From Mobula hypostoma (lineage: Eukaryota): DNA of 64,000 nt. Each line of letters starts with the position of its first letter. Positions within the stretch are counted from its first letter, which is position 1. A model generated the notes under the pieces. The model saw nothing but the letters and a program-made list of their open reading frames with translations, did not search any database and had not been told where the DNA came from. Made by a program: the position numbers and the translations under genes. This document shows positions 23,831 to 35,284 of the stretch, one piece after another. The DNA is taken from positions 24,306,001-24,370,000 of the forward strand of contig NC_086109.1 in the NCBI RefSeq assembly GCF_963921235.1, written 5' to 3'.

Positions 23831-24856
23831 AGTGATGCACAAAGGTCCCGAAATGGGGAACTACACAAGATGTGCAGCGACTGGGGTCAACTGTTCTGAT
23901 CACAGTTACAAATGGAAGAAGAGATTTTTTTTTGAAAGTATGGAAGCAAAATCAGCAGTAATAAACACAAACAAAGCTTATGCTTTTGACTGAATCTGAA
24001 GACATGTTCCTAATCTTGTCGACCTTACTGACTCCTCATTTTTCAATGCTGGTAAGATTGGTTTTTGCCTCTCTGCATTAAAACCACAACCCGGTTGAAG
24101 GAAAAAACTGTCTCACAGACTGGGCCTCTTTGAATCTAGGTGACACTCAGGAAGAAACAGAATGATAGATCAAAGCACTTAAACACGGCTCAAACTTTGA
24201 CTAAAATCGTTCTTTCTGAATAGAAGAAAACCCAAACAGTCTGGCAACATTAAAGAAAACCGTCCACTTCAAAAGGACTGGGCCTTTAATCCTTGCAAGA
24301 ATGTTGTAACATTATTGTGTCAGGAACTTTAACTTCATTGGAATTACTCATTACTCACACTTCACTTGAATGGTATGAAGTGAGAAATCATGTCAAAATT
24401 TTATTCCATATCTTTTTGCATCACGTACTGACTCTCAGCAAAGCATTCTTACCTTTCTGATTTCCAACTCTCCAGAATTTGAGGTGTGTGGTGTTTTTGG
24501 CCTCGTGGATACACACTACCACATCTCACCATATAAGAAGAAATTAAGTTTTTGTCTTCATTAACCAGCATTTTCTCATGTTTTTGCTTCTAGTGGATCT
24601 TTGGTGTATTCATTAGGACTCCCACAATGGCACATTAAGGACAGACGTAAACATGCAGGGCAGGGCAGTACATCTGAGACTTAAGCAGAGCAGGATCAGG
24701 TAGCCCAGTTTCTCAGTGGTTGGTTGTCAGGGTTTGGTTTGTGGGTTTAGAATGGAGTAATGCTACACAGAGTTCTTCATCCTGGTCACTGCCTACTGAG
24801 TAAAACATGCACCCATATGAAAACAGAGCAGGCATGTTCCTTGCTCTCTGTAGGTA

Positions 24857-26448
24857 CAGTGCCTTCAAAAAGTATTCGACTCCCACAACTATCTTCACAT
24901 TTTCTAAATTTAAAATAGGAAGTAGGAATTTTGAGTCAATCTACAAAACACTGTGCATCATGTCAAATCAAAACAAAAATTCCAAAACCTGTTAACAATT
25001 TACAAAAAATTAAAAACCAAAATTTTGAGGCTGGAGAAGTATTCATCCCCTTTGTAGTTACTACACAAACTTTCCTCAAGTCCAATAATGTATATTACCC
25101 GATCAGTTCACAGTTTGTTGATGTAGAAGACTGAAGGATCAGCTGTTTTCAATGAATTCATAAGAATAAATACCCCTTTCTCTCTGTAAGGTCCAACAGT
25201 ATGGTAGGTTTTCAACAGACCAAACCAAAATAAAGACAAAAGAGCATTCAAAACGAGAAAGGGAAATGATAATAGAGAAGCACAAATATGGGGAAGGGTA
25301 CAGGACCATCTCAAAGGTACAGAACATACCTCGGAGCTCAGTGCAGTCCATTGTGTAAAAATGGGGAAAATATGAAACCACGGCCTAGGTCAGGCCATCC
25401 CTCTAAACTTAGTCGCTGGAGAAGAATGGCACTTGTAAGAGAGGCTACTGTGACACCAATAGTCACAATGAATCAGCTGCAGAAGTCAGTGGCTGCAACT
25501 TGTGTTGAGGTTCATGGCTCCACAATTGCTACAGCTTTGCACAAAATGGGTATGTAAGGAAGAGTAGCAAGGAAGTAGCTTGGCTAAAAAAAGCATATCA
25601 ATGCCTGTAAAAACTTTGCAAAGCATCACTTAGAAGATACTGTAAAGATGTGGAAGAAGGTCTTTTGGTCAGATGAGACTAAAATGTAACATTTAGACCT
25701 CAACACTAAGCGGTATGTGCGGCATAAATCTAATACTGCGCATCAGCCTGGTAACACCATCCCTACTGTAAAATATGGTGGAGGTAGCATCATGCCTGTG
25801 GGGATGCTCTTCAGCAGTATGGACTCAAAATCTGGTCAGGATTGATGGAAAAGTGAATGCTGCTAAATACAGAGAGATCCTGGATAAAAACCTGCTAGCC
25901 TCTGCCAGAAAGTTTAAACTGGGGAGGAAGTTTGTCTTTCAGCAGGACAACAACCCAAAGCACACTGCCAGAGCAACCAAGGAGTGGCTTCAAGTGAAGA
26001 AAGTTGATGTCCTTGAGAGAACCAGTCGGAGACCTGATCAAGCATCTCTGGCAAGATGTTAAGATTACTGTCCGTCACCGCTCCCCAACTAACCTGGCAG
26101 AGCTTGAGCAATTTTACAAGGAGAAATGGGCAAATCTTGCTTCATCACATTGTGCAAGGCTAATAGAGACCTATCCAAAAAGACTACTGGCTGCAGTAGC
26201 TGAGCGAGGTGGTTCAACTAAGCATTGAGCAAGGAGGGATGAATTCTTTTGAGCTGCGGACATTTCAGTTCTTGAATTTTCAGTTTTTCATGCTTTACAA
26301 TTTTCCCTGTTTTCTTTTGGGCTCTACTGTGTGAAAAAAAAAGTGATTCACAAATAAAATTTCTCATTTAAATCCATCAAAATCATTGGTTGAAATACTC
26401 ATTTATGTGAACAAAGGGTTGGGTGCTAAATACTTTTTCAGGGCACTT
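24857..26448 (+). mobile_element. Second full-length defective Tc1 transposon (Passport-like, different family)
   Basis: TA|CAGTGCCTTCAAAAAGTATT at left and AATACTTTTTCAGGGCACTT|TA at right (TA at 24855-24856 and 26449-26450); inner AAGTATTCATCCC repeat; transposase remnant inside. Confidence 0.95.
25230..26228 (+). pseudogene. Tc1 DD34E transposase pseudogene
   Basis: (I)KTKEHSK start, [87 protein letters not shown] region is damaged; multiple stops. Confidence 0.93.
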
Positions 26449-26454
26449 TAATTA

Positions 26455-27550
26455 GCAATTTTGTTATTATTGTCGCAGATATTGAGATTGTGTGAAGAAA
26501 TTAGTTTTGAATGCCAGCCAAACAGATCTTTCCAAAATATAGGTAAGTCAAGGTAGCAGAAATGGTAAAGCAATAACAGAATGCAGAATATAGTGCTACC
26601 ATTACAGTCACAAAGAAAGGGCAGTGCAGGTAGACAGATAAGATGTAAGGGTCACGGCAAGGTATATTGAGAGATTAAGAGTTCACCTCCATCGTATGAC
26701 AGGTCCACTCAAGAGTCTTATACAGGGAGCCTGAGCCGGCATGTTTTCAAGCTTTTGCATCTCCTGGCTGATGGAAGGTGGGGGAGAAGAGAGAGTGTTC
26801 AGGATGGGAAGGGCCTTTTATTACACTGGCTGCTTTCTCGAGGTAGAGTGAAATATATACAGAGTCAGTGGAGGGCAAGCTGCCAAGGATTGATCTGTGT
26901 CCACCGCTCTTTGTGATCTCTAGTGGTCCTGGCCAGAGCAACTAACATACCAAGCTGTGATGTATCCAGATAGGATATTTTCCTTGTGTGCCTGTAGAAA
27001 TTGGTGAGGGTCAAAGGGGACCTGCCAAATTCCCTTAGCCTTATGGGGAAATAGAGGTGCTGGTGTGCTTTCTTGCACAAAGTTCAAAGTTTAAAGTGTC
27101 TACATTGTCGGACCAGGCTGAGTCATTGATGAAACTAAGCTCTCAACCATCTCCACCTCACTACTATTGACAGATTCAGGGGCATGTACTCTACCCTGTT
27201 TCCTAAATTAATGTCCGGCTCCTTTGCTTTGCTGACATTGTTGTCATGTCACCATAATGTTAGGCTCTCTATCTTCTTCTTGTATTCCATCTCATCATTG
27301 TCTGAGGTGATGTCATCTGCAAAATTGTGGATGGAGGTAGAGCATAATCTGGCATGACAGTCGGGTGTATGGGGAGTAAAGCAGAGAGAAGAGAATGTAG
27401 TCTTGTGAGGCACCAGTGTTGAGGATAATCATGGCGAAGATGTTGTTACCTATTCTTACTGACTGTAATCTGGCAGTCAGAAAGTCAAAAATATAGTGTA
27501 AGGGGGAGGTTCTGAGTCCAAGCTCTAGGTACGTTTGTTTAGAAATGCAT
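26455..27550 (-). mobile_element. 5'-truncated Rex1/Babar LINE
   Basis: Minus ORFs KKAHQHLYF..LREFGRSPLTLTNFYR and KAASVIKGPSHPEHSLFS; GTCATCTGCAAA is the reverse complement of FADD; 3' UTR like the 5915 copy. Confidence 0.87.
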
Positions 27551-27579
27551 GATCATGTCGTCAGCACAGCGGTGTAAAC

Positions 27580-27963
27580 TACAAGCAGTGTCAATCTCCT
27601 GGGAGTGCACATCACACGCAGACTCGCATGGTCTCAGAACACATCCTATACAGTCAAGAAAGCTCACAAACACCTCTACTTTCTCAGAGGCTGAAGAGAG
27701 CTGGACTTTGCACATCGATACTCACATCATTCTACAGATGTGCAGTAGAGAGCATCCTAGCAAGCTGCATCTCTGTTTGGTACAGAAACTGCACTGCAAC
27801 AGACTGGAAGGCTCTACGAATGGTATTCAAAACTGCCAGATTCATCACTGGCACCAGTGGGTCTTTCTGTGCTGCATCATATCCCGGAGTAACTATTATT
27901 TTGTTCTCCTTACACTTGTGCACAGGAAAATACATTAAACGTCCTTGAATCTTGAATCTTGAA
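27580..27963 (+). mobile_element. Internally deleted Rex1/Babar fragment
   Basis: RLKRAGLCTSILTSFYRCAVESILASCISVWYRNCTATDWKAL joined to a (CTTGAAT)n tail like that at 20340-20360. Confidence 0.87.
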
Positions 27964-28214
27964 ATAGTAACACTGAAAAGTGATGAGAAGTTCTGGGCTT
28001 GTAGAGACAGGACCCAGCACTCGGCTGGATTTCTAGAAAGACAAAGACTAAGAGAGGATGGAATATCATTAAAAAAAATAAAAATCAAACAAAATGCAAA
28101 CATGCTGGATGAATTAACATTAATTCTTTTTTGCTCTTTTATTAATGCATTTTACACATATTGATGGCAACATCATCAACGGTTTTAGCTGTAACATGTC
28201 ATGGAATTTGGAGA

Positions 28215-28500
28215 GATGTTAAATAAACATATGCCTGAGGATTTGAATTATCTGGATTGCCCGGATTAAAAACAGCCTCTGCACTAATATTAATCCAGCT
28301 CCCTCACGCTGCAGAGCAAGGTAACTCCTCCACAACGGTACATTTTGCTCTCAGCATTCCTCGTGGCTGCAATCTGATAAGTTGCATTCTCAACCAGTGT
28401 GCATTTGGATCTTCTACAGCTGCAAGAGTTCAGGTTTTAGGTTCAACACTATTGATATGATCCTTTAAAAGTGGTGCTAATGAGCATTCGTCACATTAGT
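28215..28500. promoter_or_regulatory. Putative enhancer with paired GGATTA/TAATCC sites
   Basis: AATAAACA forkhead-like site, CATATG E-box, GGATTA and TAATCC about 28 bp apart in unique sequence. Confidence 0.35.
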
Positions 28501-28616
28501 GTTAGAAAGAACTTGTTGCTCTGTGAATTCACAAAGCACAATACACTGCCTGTTGTGGTACTGAGTTACACAGGCTAAGATGATCTGGTCCTAAGGCACA
28601 ATGGGAGACTGAGTGA

Positions 28617-28798
28617 ACATAGAACATTAAAGCACAGAACGGGCTCTTCAACCCATGATGTTCTGCTGACCTATACAAACCTACTCCATGATCAATCTGA
28701 CCCCTTCCTCTGACATAGTCCATAACCATTTTTCTTTCATCCATGTGCCTATCTCAGAGTTTCTTAAGTGACTCTAATGTATCACCTTCAACCACCAA
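28617..28798 (-). mobile_element. CR1 LINE 3' tail
   Basis: ACATAGAACATTAAAGCACAGAACGGGCTCTTCAACCCATGATGTT..TCATCCATGTGCCTATCT; same type as 39878. Confidence 0.75.
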
Positions 28799-29074
28799 AC
28801 CTGAGAAAAAAACAATGATAATTGACCCTAAAATATCCAGAGCTTCCTATCTTTAAGAAGCTCCTTTAAGTGTACAAAATTATTATTGCCTACTGCCATA
28901 CTATCCTCTTTATGTGGCTTGATGCAAAATTTAGAACATCATGGGATATTTTATTATAGCAAAGCAATTGTTGCTGTGGGATGGAGAGGGTAGAAAGTAC
29001 TCTGGTTCATGTCCCGAACCTCAACACAATGACCTTCTCAATGCAAGATTCTGGTGGTCTGAAGAGAGAACTAC

Positions 29075-29610
29075 TTCAAAGTTTAGAGTAAATGTATTAT
29101 GAAAGTACACATATGTTGTGATATACTACCTCATTATTCATTTTCTTGCAGGAAGTTACGGGAATTAAAAAACACAATAGAATTTTACCAAAAAAAACTA
29201 TATCAAACTAGACAAACACTGACAAATATCAACATGCAGAAGAAGACAAACTGCACAAACAAGTATAAGCCTGAGAACAGGAGTTGTAACGAGTCCCTGA
29301 AAGTGAGCCTCTAGGTTGTAGGAACAGCTCAGACTAGCGGTGAATGAAGTTATCCATGTCATTTCAGGAGCCTGATGGTTGTAGGGTAATAAATGTTCCT
29401 GAAGCTGGTGGTGTGGGCCCTAATGCTTCAGTACCTCCTGATCGATGGTAGCAGTAAGAAACGGGCATGGCCTGGCAGGTGGGGGTCCGAGATCATGGTT
29501 GTTGCCTTCTTTTCGCACCACTCCAGGTAAGTAAACTCAATGGTGCGAAGGGCTTTGCCCGTAATGGTCTGGGCTGTATCCACCACTTTCCTTTTCCATT
29601 CCTAAAGCCA
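29075..29610 (-). mobile_element. Rex1/Babar 3' fragment
   Basis: TTCAAAGTTTAGAGTAAATGTATTATGAAAGTACA tail; GTTCCTGAAGCTGGTGGTGTGGG..GGGCATGGCCTGG coding end. Confidence 0.82.
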
Positions 29611-30212
29611 GTATAACTAGCTCTCACTAGTCGTACAAGCTCACAAACATTTGCTGAACAAATCTGAAAGTGATAGTCCGCTGGTCTGCCCACTCAAGGA
29701 TGAATGACCATGTCCATGCAAACACGACTCAGCAAGAGCTGGATTCAGGTCTTCACTTATTTATGCTTTTACCTTTAAACTCAAACAAAATGTGGAAAAT
29801 TTGCATTTCTATTGTACTTTTCACTAGCTCAGGATGTCTCAAGATGTCTAACAGCCGATAGATTAGCCACTGTTGTAATCTAGGAAGTGTAAGAGTTAAT
29901 TTGTGCAAAATAAACTCACTCAAACATTCAGGTGATAGTCACCAGATCATGAATCCAGAATTACGTTACTACTGCTGGGGTCTGGTGCTTTTGCGATCCA
30001 AAGATTCTTTAGAAGTCAAGAGTGAGGTATAAAACTGTTTATTCAGTGTTTTAAGGACAATGAGCAAACATAGAAAAAGACAGAACAAAGAAGTTGTGGT
30101 CATTTTATACTTAAAAATGAGCTCAGACTAGACAGATAGTAAAACATTCCAGTGATAAGAATAACCTATGAAATACGCGGCTTCAGTGTCGTGACATCCG
30201 CTGCGGAGAAGC

Positions 30213-30505
30213 TTTTATTTATTTATTTGTTGAGATACAGCACGGAATAGGCCCTTCTGGCCCTTCAAGCCATGCTGCCTGGCAATCCCCCGATTTAATA
30301 CTAGCCTAATCATGGAACAACTTACAATGACCAATTGACCTATCAACCGATACGTCTTTGGACTGTGGGAGGAAATCGGAGCACCCAGAGGAAACCCACA
30401 CAGTCACAGGGAGAACATATAAACTCCTTACAGGCAGCGCCGGGAATTGAACACTGTTTATCTGTACTGTAAAGCGTTGTGCTAACCATTAAACTACTGT
30501 GCTGT
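30213..30505 (-). mobile_element. Full-length V-domain SINE
   Basis: TTTA tail, TACGTCTTTGGACTGTGGGAGGAAATCGGAGCACCCAGAGGAAACCCAC core, GGGAATTGAA B-box remnant, TGTGCTAACCA A-box remnant. Confidence 0.88.
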
Positions 30506-31839
30506 TTCTAGAAAAATACAGAATCAGCTATACTACCATTACTGAAAAATTAACTTAACAATTTCGTCTACATAGGAGATTATATAAAAATACAAGCAAG
30601 CATAGGAAAAGATAAACTACAAGAGAAATAACAACTTTGCACTCTAATCTAATACTACATTTTAACAATGCTAAAAGAGATTTGTGGTAGTGAGAGTCAG
30701 AAAAAGGTCAAGATCTTCAGTTGTGAAGTTTGGGGAGCTGCGCTGCTACGTCACGCCATGTTGAAAATTACATTGTGAGTCCTAGCACACTGATCCCTGT
30801 TGATATGTTGTAAATTCTCACATTTAGCCAGCAAGTACTCTCCATGAAGTTAGCTCATGCAGGGCATATCATGATGAAAGCAACACTCTTCAAACCAATG
30901 AATAGGTACTACAGCGACAGGAGCGGTGAAGGTGGGAGAGTTCTCCCAAGCATTAGAGATGTCTGAACAGGCTGGGAAATAACAGTATCTGTGGGATAAT
31001 TATGACTTTTGCCAGTGGACCACAGGCATCTTTTAGGACTACAGCTTAGCACTTCTGGGAGGAGGTTGCCATGGAGATTTCTGTAAGGACATGAGTGCAG
31101 TCCTTGAATGCTGACACTTTGGAAAACTGTAATAGAGACAAATGTTTGCATCTGCTCTTATAGATCTACTGGAATGAAGGAACAGTAGATGTTGTTTTCA
31201 CTCCATGCACATGGTAGCCAGGTATCCTCCCTAATGCAGCTGTGAGCAGCAAACCGTGAGATGCAGCAGGTACCAGCAGAGGCAGCCTGGAATGACCCTG
31301 AAGCTAGGAAATGGTGTGTGACTGTGACCTTGACCTCCTTAGAATAAGCAATCCAGGTGCACAAGAGGCAGTATTTGCAGGAGGTCAGAGATCTCAGTAA
31401 GGACAAAGAATGCTCTTTCATTGTAGGCCCACCAAAGAGCAGAGTTTCAAGGGACTGAAGGTTAATAAAACACAGTTGTTTTGTGGGTGGAAAATAAACT
31501 TTCACTTTTTAGATCCGCAAAGTTCAAAATCTCAGTGTATATGAAAGCTGTACTCTGCACTATTATTGACAGTGTTTAAGGGACTCAGGCTACTGGCATT
31601 AGACTGGACAAGAACATCACTACTAAATGGTGCAGAGTCAAATTTCTCAGCAGATTCTGAGCGAATCGTACACAGCTTTGTTCTATTCTGGATTAAGCCA
31701 ATGTTCAAGTGTGCAGCTATATTTCATGTTGTAATCATGTGACTGAAGTTCTTGCCAAGTCTGGTTTATTGCTATGATAAATATTGATCCGAAGGACAGG
31801 AGAATTTTACAGCTCTTCTTCCATTAATGATGGTAAGTT

Positions 31840-32085
31840 AAAAGGTTGATTTATTTTTGCCATATGCACCTAAGTGCAGTGGAAAACGCTATCCATACAG
31901 CCATACAGACCATATCATCGCATCAGTACACTGAGGTAGCGCAAGGGGAAGTGAGAACAAAAATAACAAGGAAGAATGATGAATAAAGTGTTAAAATTAT
32001 GGAGAAAGTGCAGTGCAGGCAAACAATAAGGTGCAAGGCTAGAATGAGGTAGATTGTGAGGTCAGGAATCTATTCTTTTTGCATG
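31840..32085 (-). mobile_element. Rex1/Babar 3' UTR remnant
   Basis: GAGAAAGTGCAGTGCAGGCAAACAATAAGGTGCAAGG..GAGGTAGATTGTGAGGTCA shared with the 6060-6120 and 44690-44755 regions. Confidence 0.72.
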
Positions 32086-34129
32086 AGGGGCTTTTTTGCA
32101 TCCATCTGAAAGGATTTGGAACCTCAGTTGCAAAATTTGCCAAAATCATATGTTAAAATTCCTGAAGTAAGATTGAACTTTGACTTTCTGACTTAGAAGC
32201 AAGGATGCCACCCACTGAGCCATGGCTGGCATCCAAATGAGTGGAAAAATTCCTGATATCACTCCTCAGTCAAATTTATTTTCCATTCTTGACACATATT
32301 TACTGAAGCCCCACAAAATACCATCTTCGCTATGCCAAAACCTTCCGCCAAACCAAACTTCATGTCTGAGTCCAAATGATGCATATAAACATATTCTTCC
32401 ACGGTAGAGGGCATCACTAGTGCTGTTATTCCTAGATAGTAACTTGGAGTAATAGATCATATATTTGCTACATATGATCATCCTGTTATTGGCAACTATC
32501 TTATATTCCAGTGTGGGCAATCAGATGAGCTTCATTTATTTGTAATATCTTTCCTGACTTATATTCAATAAAGACATTTTACCTTATGTATGAGCATTAT
32601 TTCCTGTGAAAAGTCAGTTCTTCTTTGCCTAAACACAGCCCAAACTTAGGAAAACCATGCCATCTCCTGCTTAAACTTCTATCTTAGCATGTAGCTGCAG
32701 TTCTTCCAGCCTCATTAATCTGTTGTGACAGGCTTCTAATTCATCTACTGCATCTGGCAAACCAACCATCCAGGGTGTGAATTAAACAGCATCCACAATG
32801 TTCAAAAACTACTTAAGAACAAAATAAACAATATATGATCAAATAGTTTTTTATAGTAAAATCATAAAATAGAGATTCAGTTTGTATCTTTGACCCTATT
32901 TTCCTCAACTACTTTATGTTTCACATTCCACTGGAAACTTTGAGGAAGCAGGACACGTTCAGCTTTGCTACAGTTTAACTAAAAGCAAATGTGGGTGCAT
33001 AGCAGAGCAACCAATAGTAGAACTGTTCTTGCTACAGAAATAACTCCCTCACTGAGGATGAAGAAATAATGAGTTCTCCCTCATAAGTGATGAAACTCAA
33101 CTAATCCAGAAAAACAGAAACTCAATCCATTAAAATAACTATAATATAAAGCTTTCCATTGGCCATTTATCTTTCCCCATCAATTCAAATATGCAAAGCT
33201 AGGAAATAAGCAGAAAAAATTACATATTTCAAAACAGCATGAACACATTTAGCTGTGAAGTTCTCTCCTGTGCCTTATAATATCTGCATTTATAACTTTA
33301 CTTGGGAAATGTTAGATTCCCTTGAAACTTCCCTTCTGCAAATTTATCATCCTGTTAGCCAACTTAGTGTTTTTGTCTTTGCTGTCAAGGACAGCATTTT
33401 TCACCCCATCCCTGGTTACCCTGAGAAAGAGGAGGTGGATCATTCAAAGGAGTTGCTAAATAAACATGTGCCTGCAAGTCCCAGGACACTTCACTTTGAG
33501 GGAGAATGTTGTGTACTATATCGCAGTGCATTCAGTAACTTTTAAACCGTTAAACTGGATTTTGGCTTTGTTTCCTAAATGTTGTGGGAGCATGGTTAAA
33601 TAATAAGGTTTAAAAAGATCTTTTCAGGTTCCAAGTTAGAATTATCATATTTAACAGCTAATTTTAACTTCAGGGATGATGGCAACTGAGGAAGATAAAA
33701 GAAATTAAACCATAAAGCAATTTACCTTTTACCTGGTGCATATATCAAAATTGTGGCTTTTTAAAAAACCACAGCAGATGCTATCATTTGGAGGGCAAAG
33801 TTAAAACAGGGCAGGCTTGAGACAAAATTCAGGCGAATGTTTATAATGCTGCAGAATGGATATGTGTTTGGCAAATAAGCCAGTACAGACAGAGGATATA
33901 TTCTTTTATATTATGTAAATGGGCCACAGTTCCTTGGAATACACATTTGAATGGGCTTGATGGGAAAGGGATTTGGAAACATACGTTTATAACTCATTAC
34001 AAGTAGTGATGTCAATTAATAAAACCATTACAAAAAAAAACAAGCCCAGCAAAGAGATTAAATTATAAATCTAATTCAATGTAGTAATTACAAGAATTAT
34101 AATTATAAATTTAAAAGAGATTAAATTAA

Positions 34130-34830
34130 GCCTAAGTCTTATGGTCTTATTCAGAGTGTCACAGGTTATGGGAGAAGACAGGAGAATGGGGTTGAGAGGG
34201 GTAATCAAACAGCCATGATGGAATGGCGGAGCAGACCTGATGGGCTGAATGGCCTAATTCTCCTCCTATGTCTTATGGTCTTAAATTCAAAGGAGATCGG
34301 ACTGAAAATTAGAAAGGTTATGATGAACTTGTTTAGAAACTTGGTTAGACTACACTGTCTGTGTGCAGTATTTTCCCCTTTAAAGACAAATAAGAGCATA
34401 AGGTTCCTGGAAAAGGTACAAAAAAAAATTCTACACTTTTTTTCCAGAATTGAGAGGCTCTAAATAGCCATAAGCGTTGAAAAAGCCAGGGGACTTTTCT
34501 CTAGGAATAACGACAGGGTGATTTGATCAACTTCTTTAAGAACGTGATAAGTTTTAATATGGTAGATGTAGGGAATATGGCAATAACTAGGGACAATACA
34601 AGTATTTCTATAATGATCACTAATAAATTTTACAGGGAATTCAAAAGAAAATTCTTCACTCAGATAATAATTTGAATATGGAACTTGCCCATACAAGCAG
34701 TCACTGAAGTGAATATCCAGACAGATTTAGGAGGAAGAAAGATAAACTGCAGGGTAAAAGAAACAGAACGATATGTTGATGGTGTTAAATAAAAAGGTGG
34801 GAGGAGAATCATATGGGCTGAATGGAAGTA
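34130..34830 (+). mobile_element. CR1 3' tail (34130-34282) abutting an older decayed CR1 fragment
   Basis: GGTTATGGGAGAAGACAGGAGAATGGGG..TCTTATGGTCTTA tail; then KVMMNLFRNLVRLH..FLEKVQKK (CR1 ORF2-like). Confidence 0.7.
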
Positions 34831-35284
34831 CTTTGTAGCACAATTTTATCTGATTTTGCCTTTTCCAAATTATTTCAAAACCATTTGAAAGCAATTTCTC
34901 ATTTCACAATTGCAGCTTGTGTTTAAGAATCAGCGAGTTGAGCGTATATAGTCAGCAGTGTGATTTAATGTACCTGTGCTCCCTTGTTTATACTTAGGAT
35001 TCCAAACCCTAAACGTTTCTTGTATACATTATTATTAAGATTTAGTGATGTAGCTGCACCATTAGACCAATTCTCAAGATTCTGTCCAACATGCTTATTG
35101 AATTTGGAGATCCAATTTTCTCCCCCCGCCCCAAGACTTAACAGGTTTTTGTTATAACTAATAATTTGAGATATTGAGCGACATGTATTGCCCATCCCTA
35201 ACTCTCTTTAGGAAGGGAGTGGGTAGTGATCTTTATGAATCCCTGTTGAATGTACCCCTGTCAATGCTCCAAGGGATTTTGTCT

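Noticed and set aside
24480..24528. 15 bp imperfect hairpin
   Set aside because: Too short for a pre-miRNA, built from GT/AC-rich low-complexity arms, does not extend.
32399..32418. CTCF-like motif CGGTAGAGGGCATC
   Set aside because: Mismatches in the 5' core; not supportable without PWM or ChIP data.
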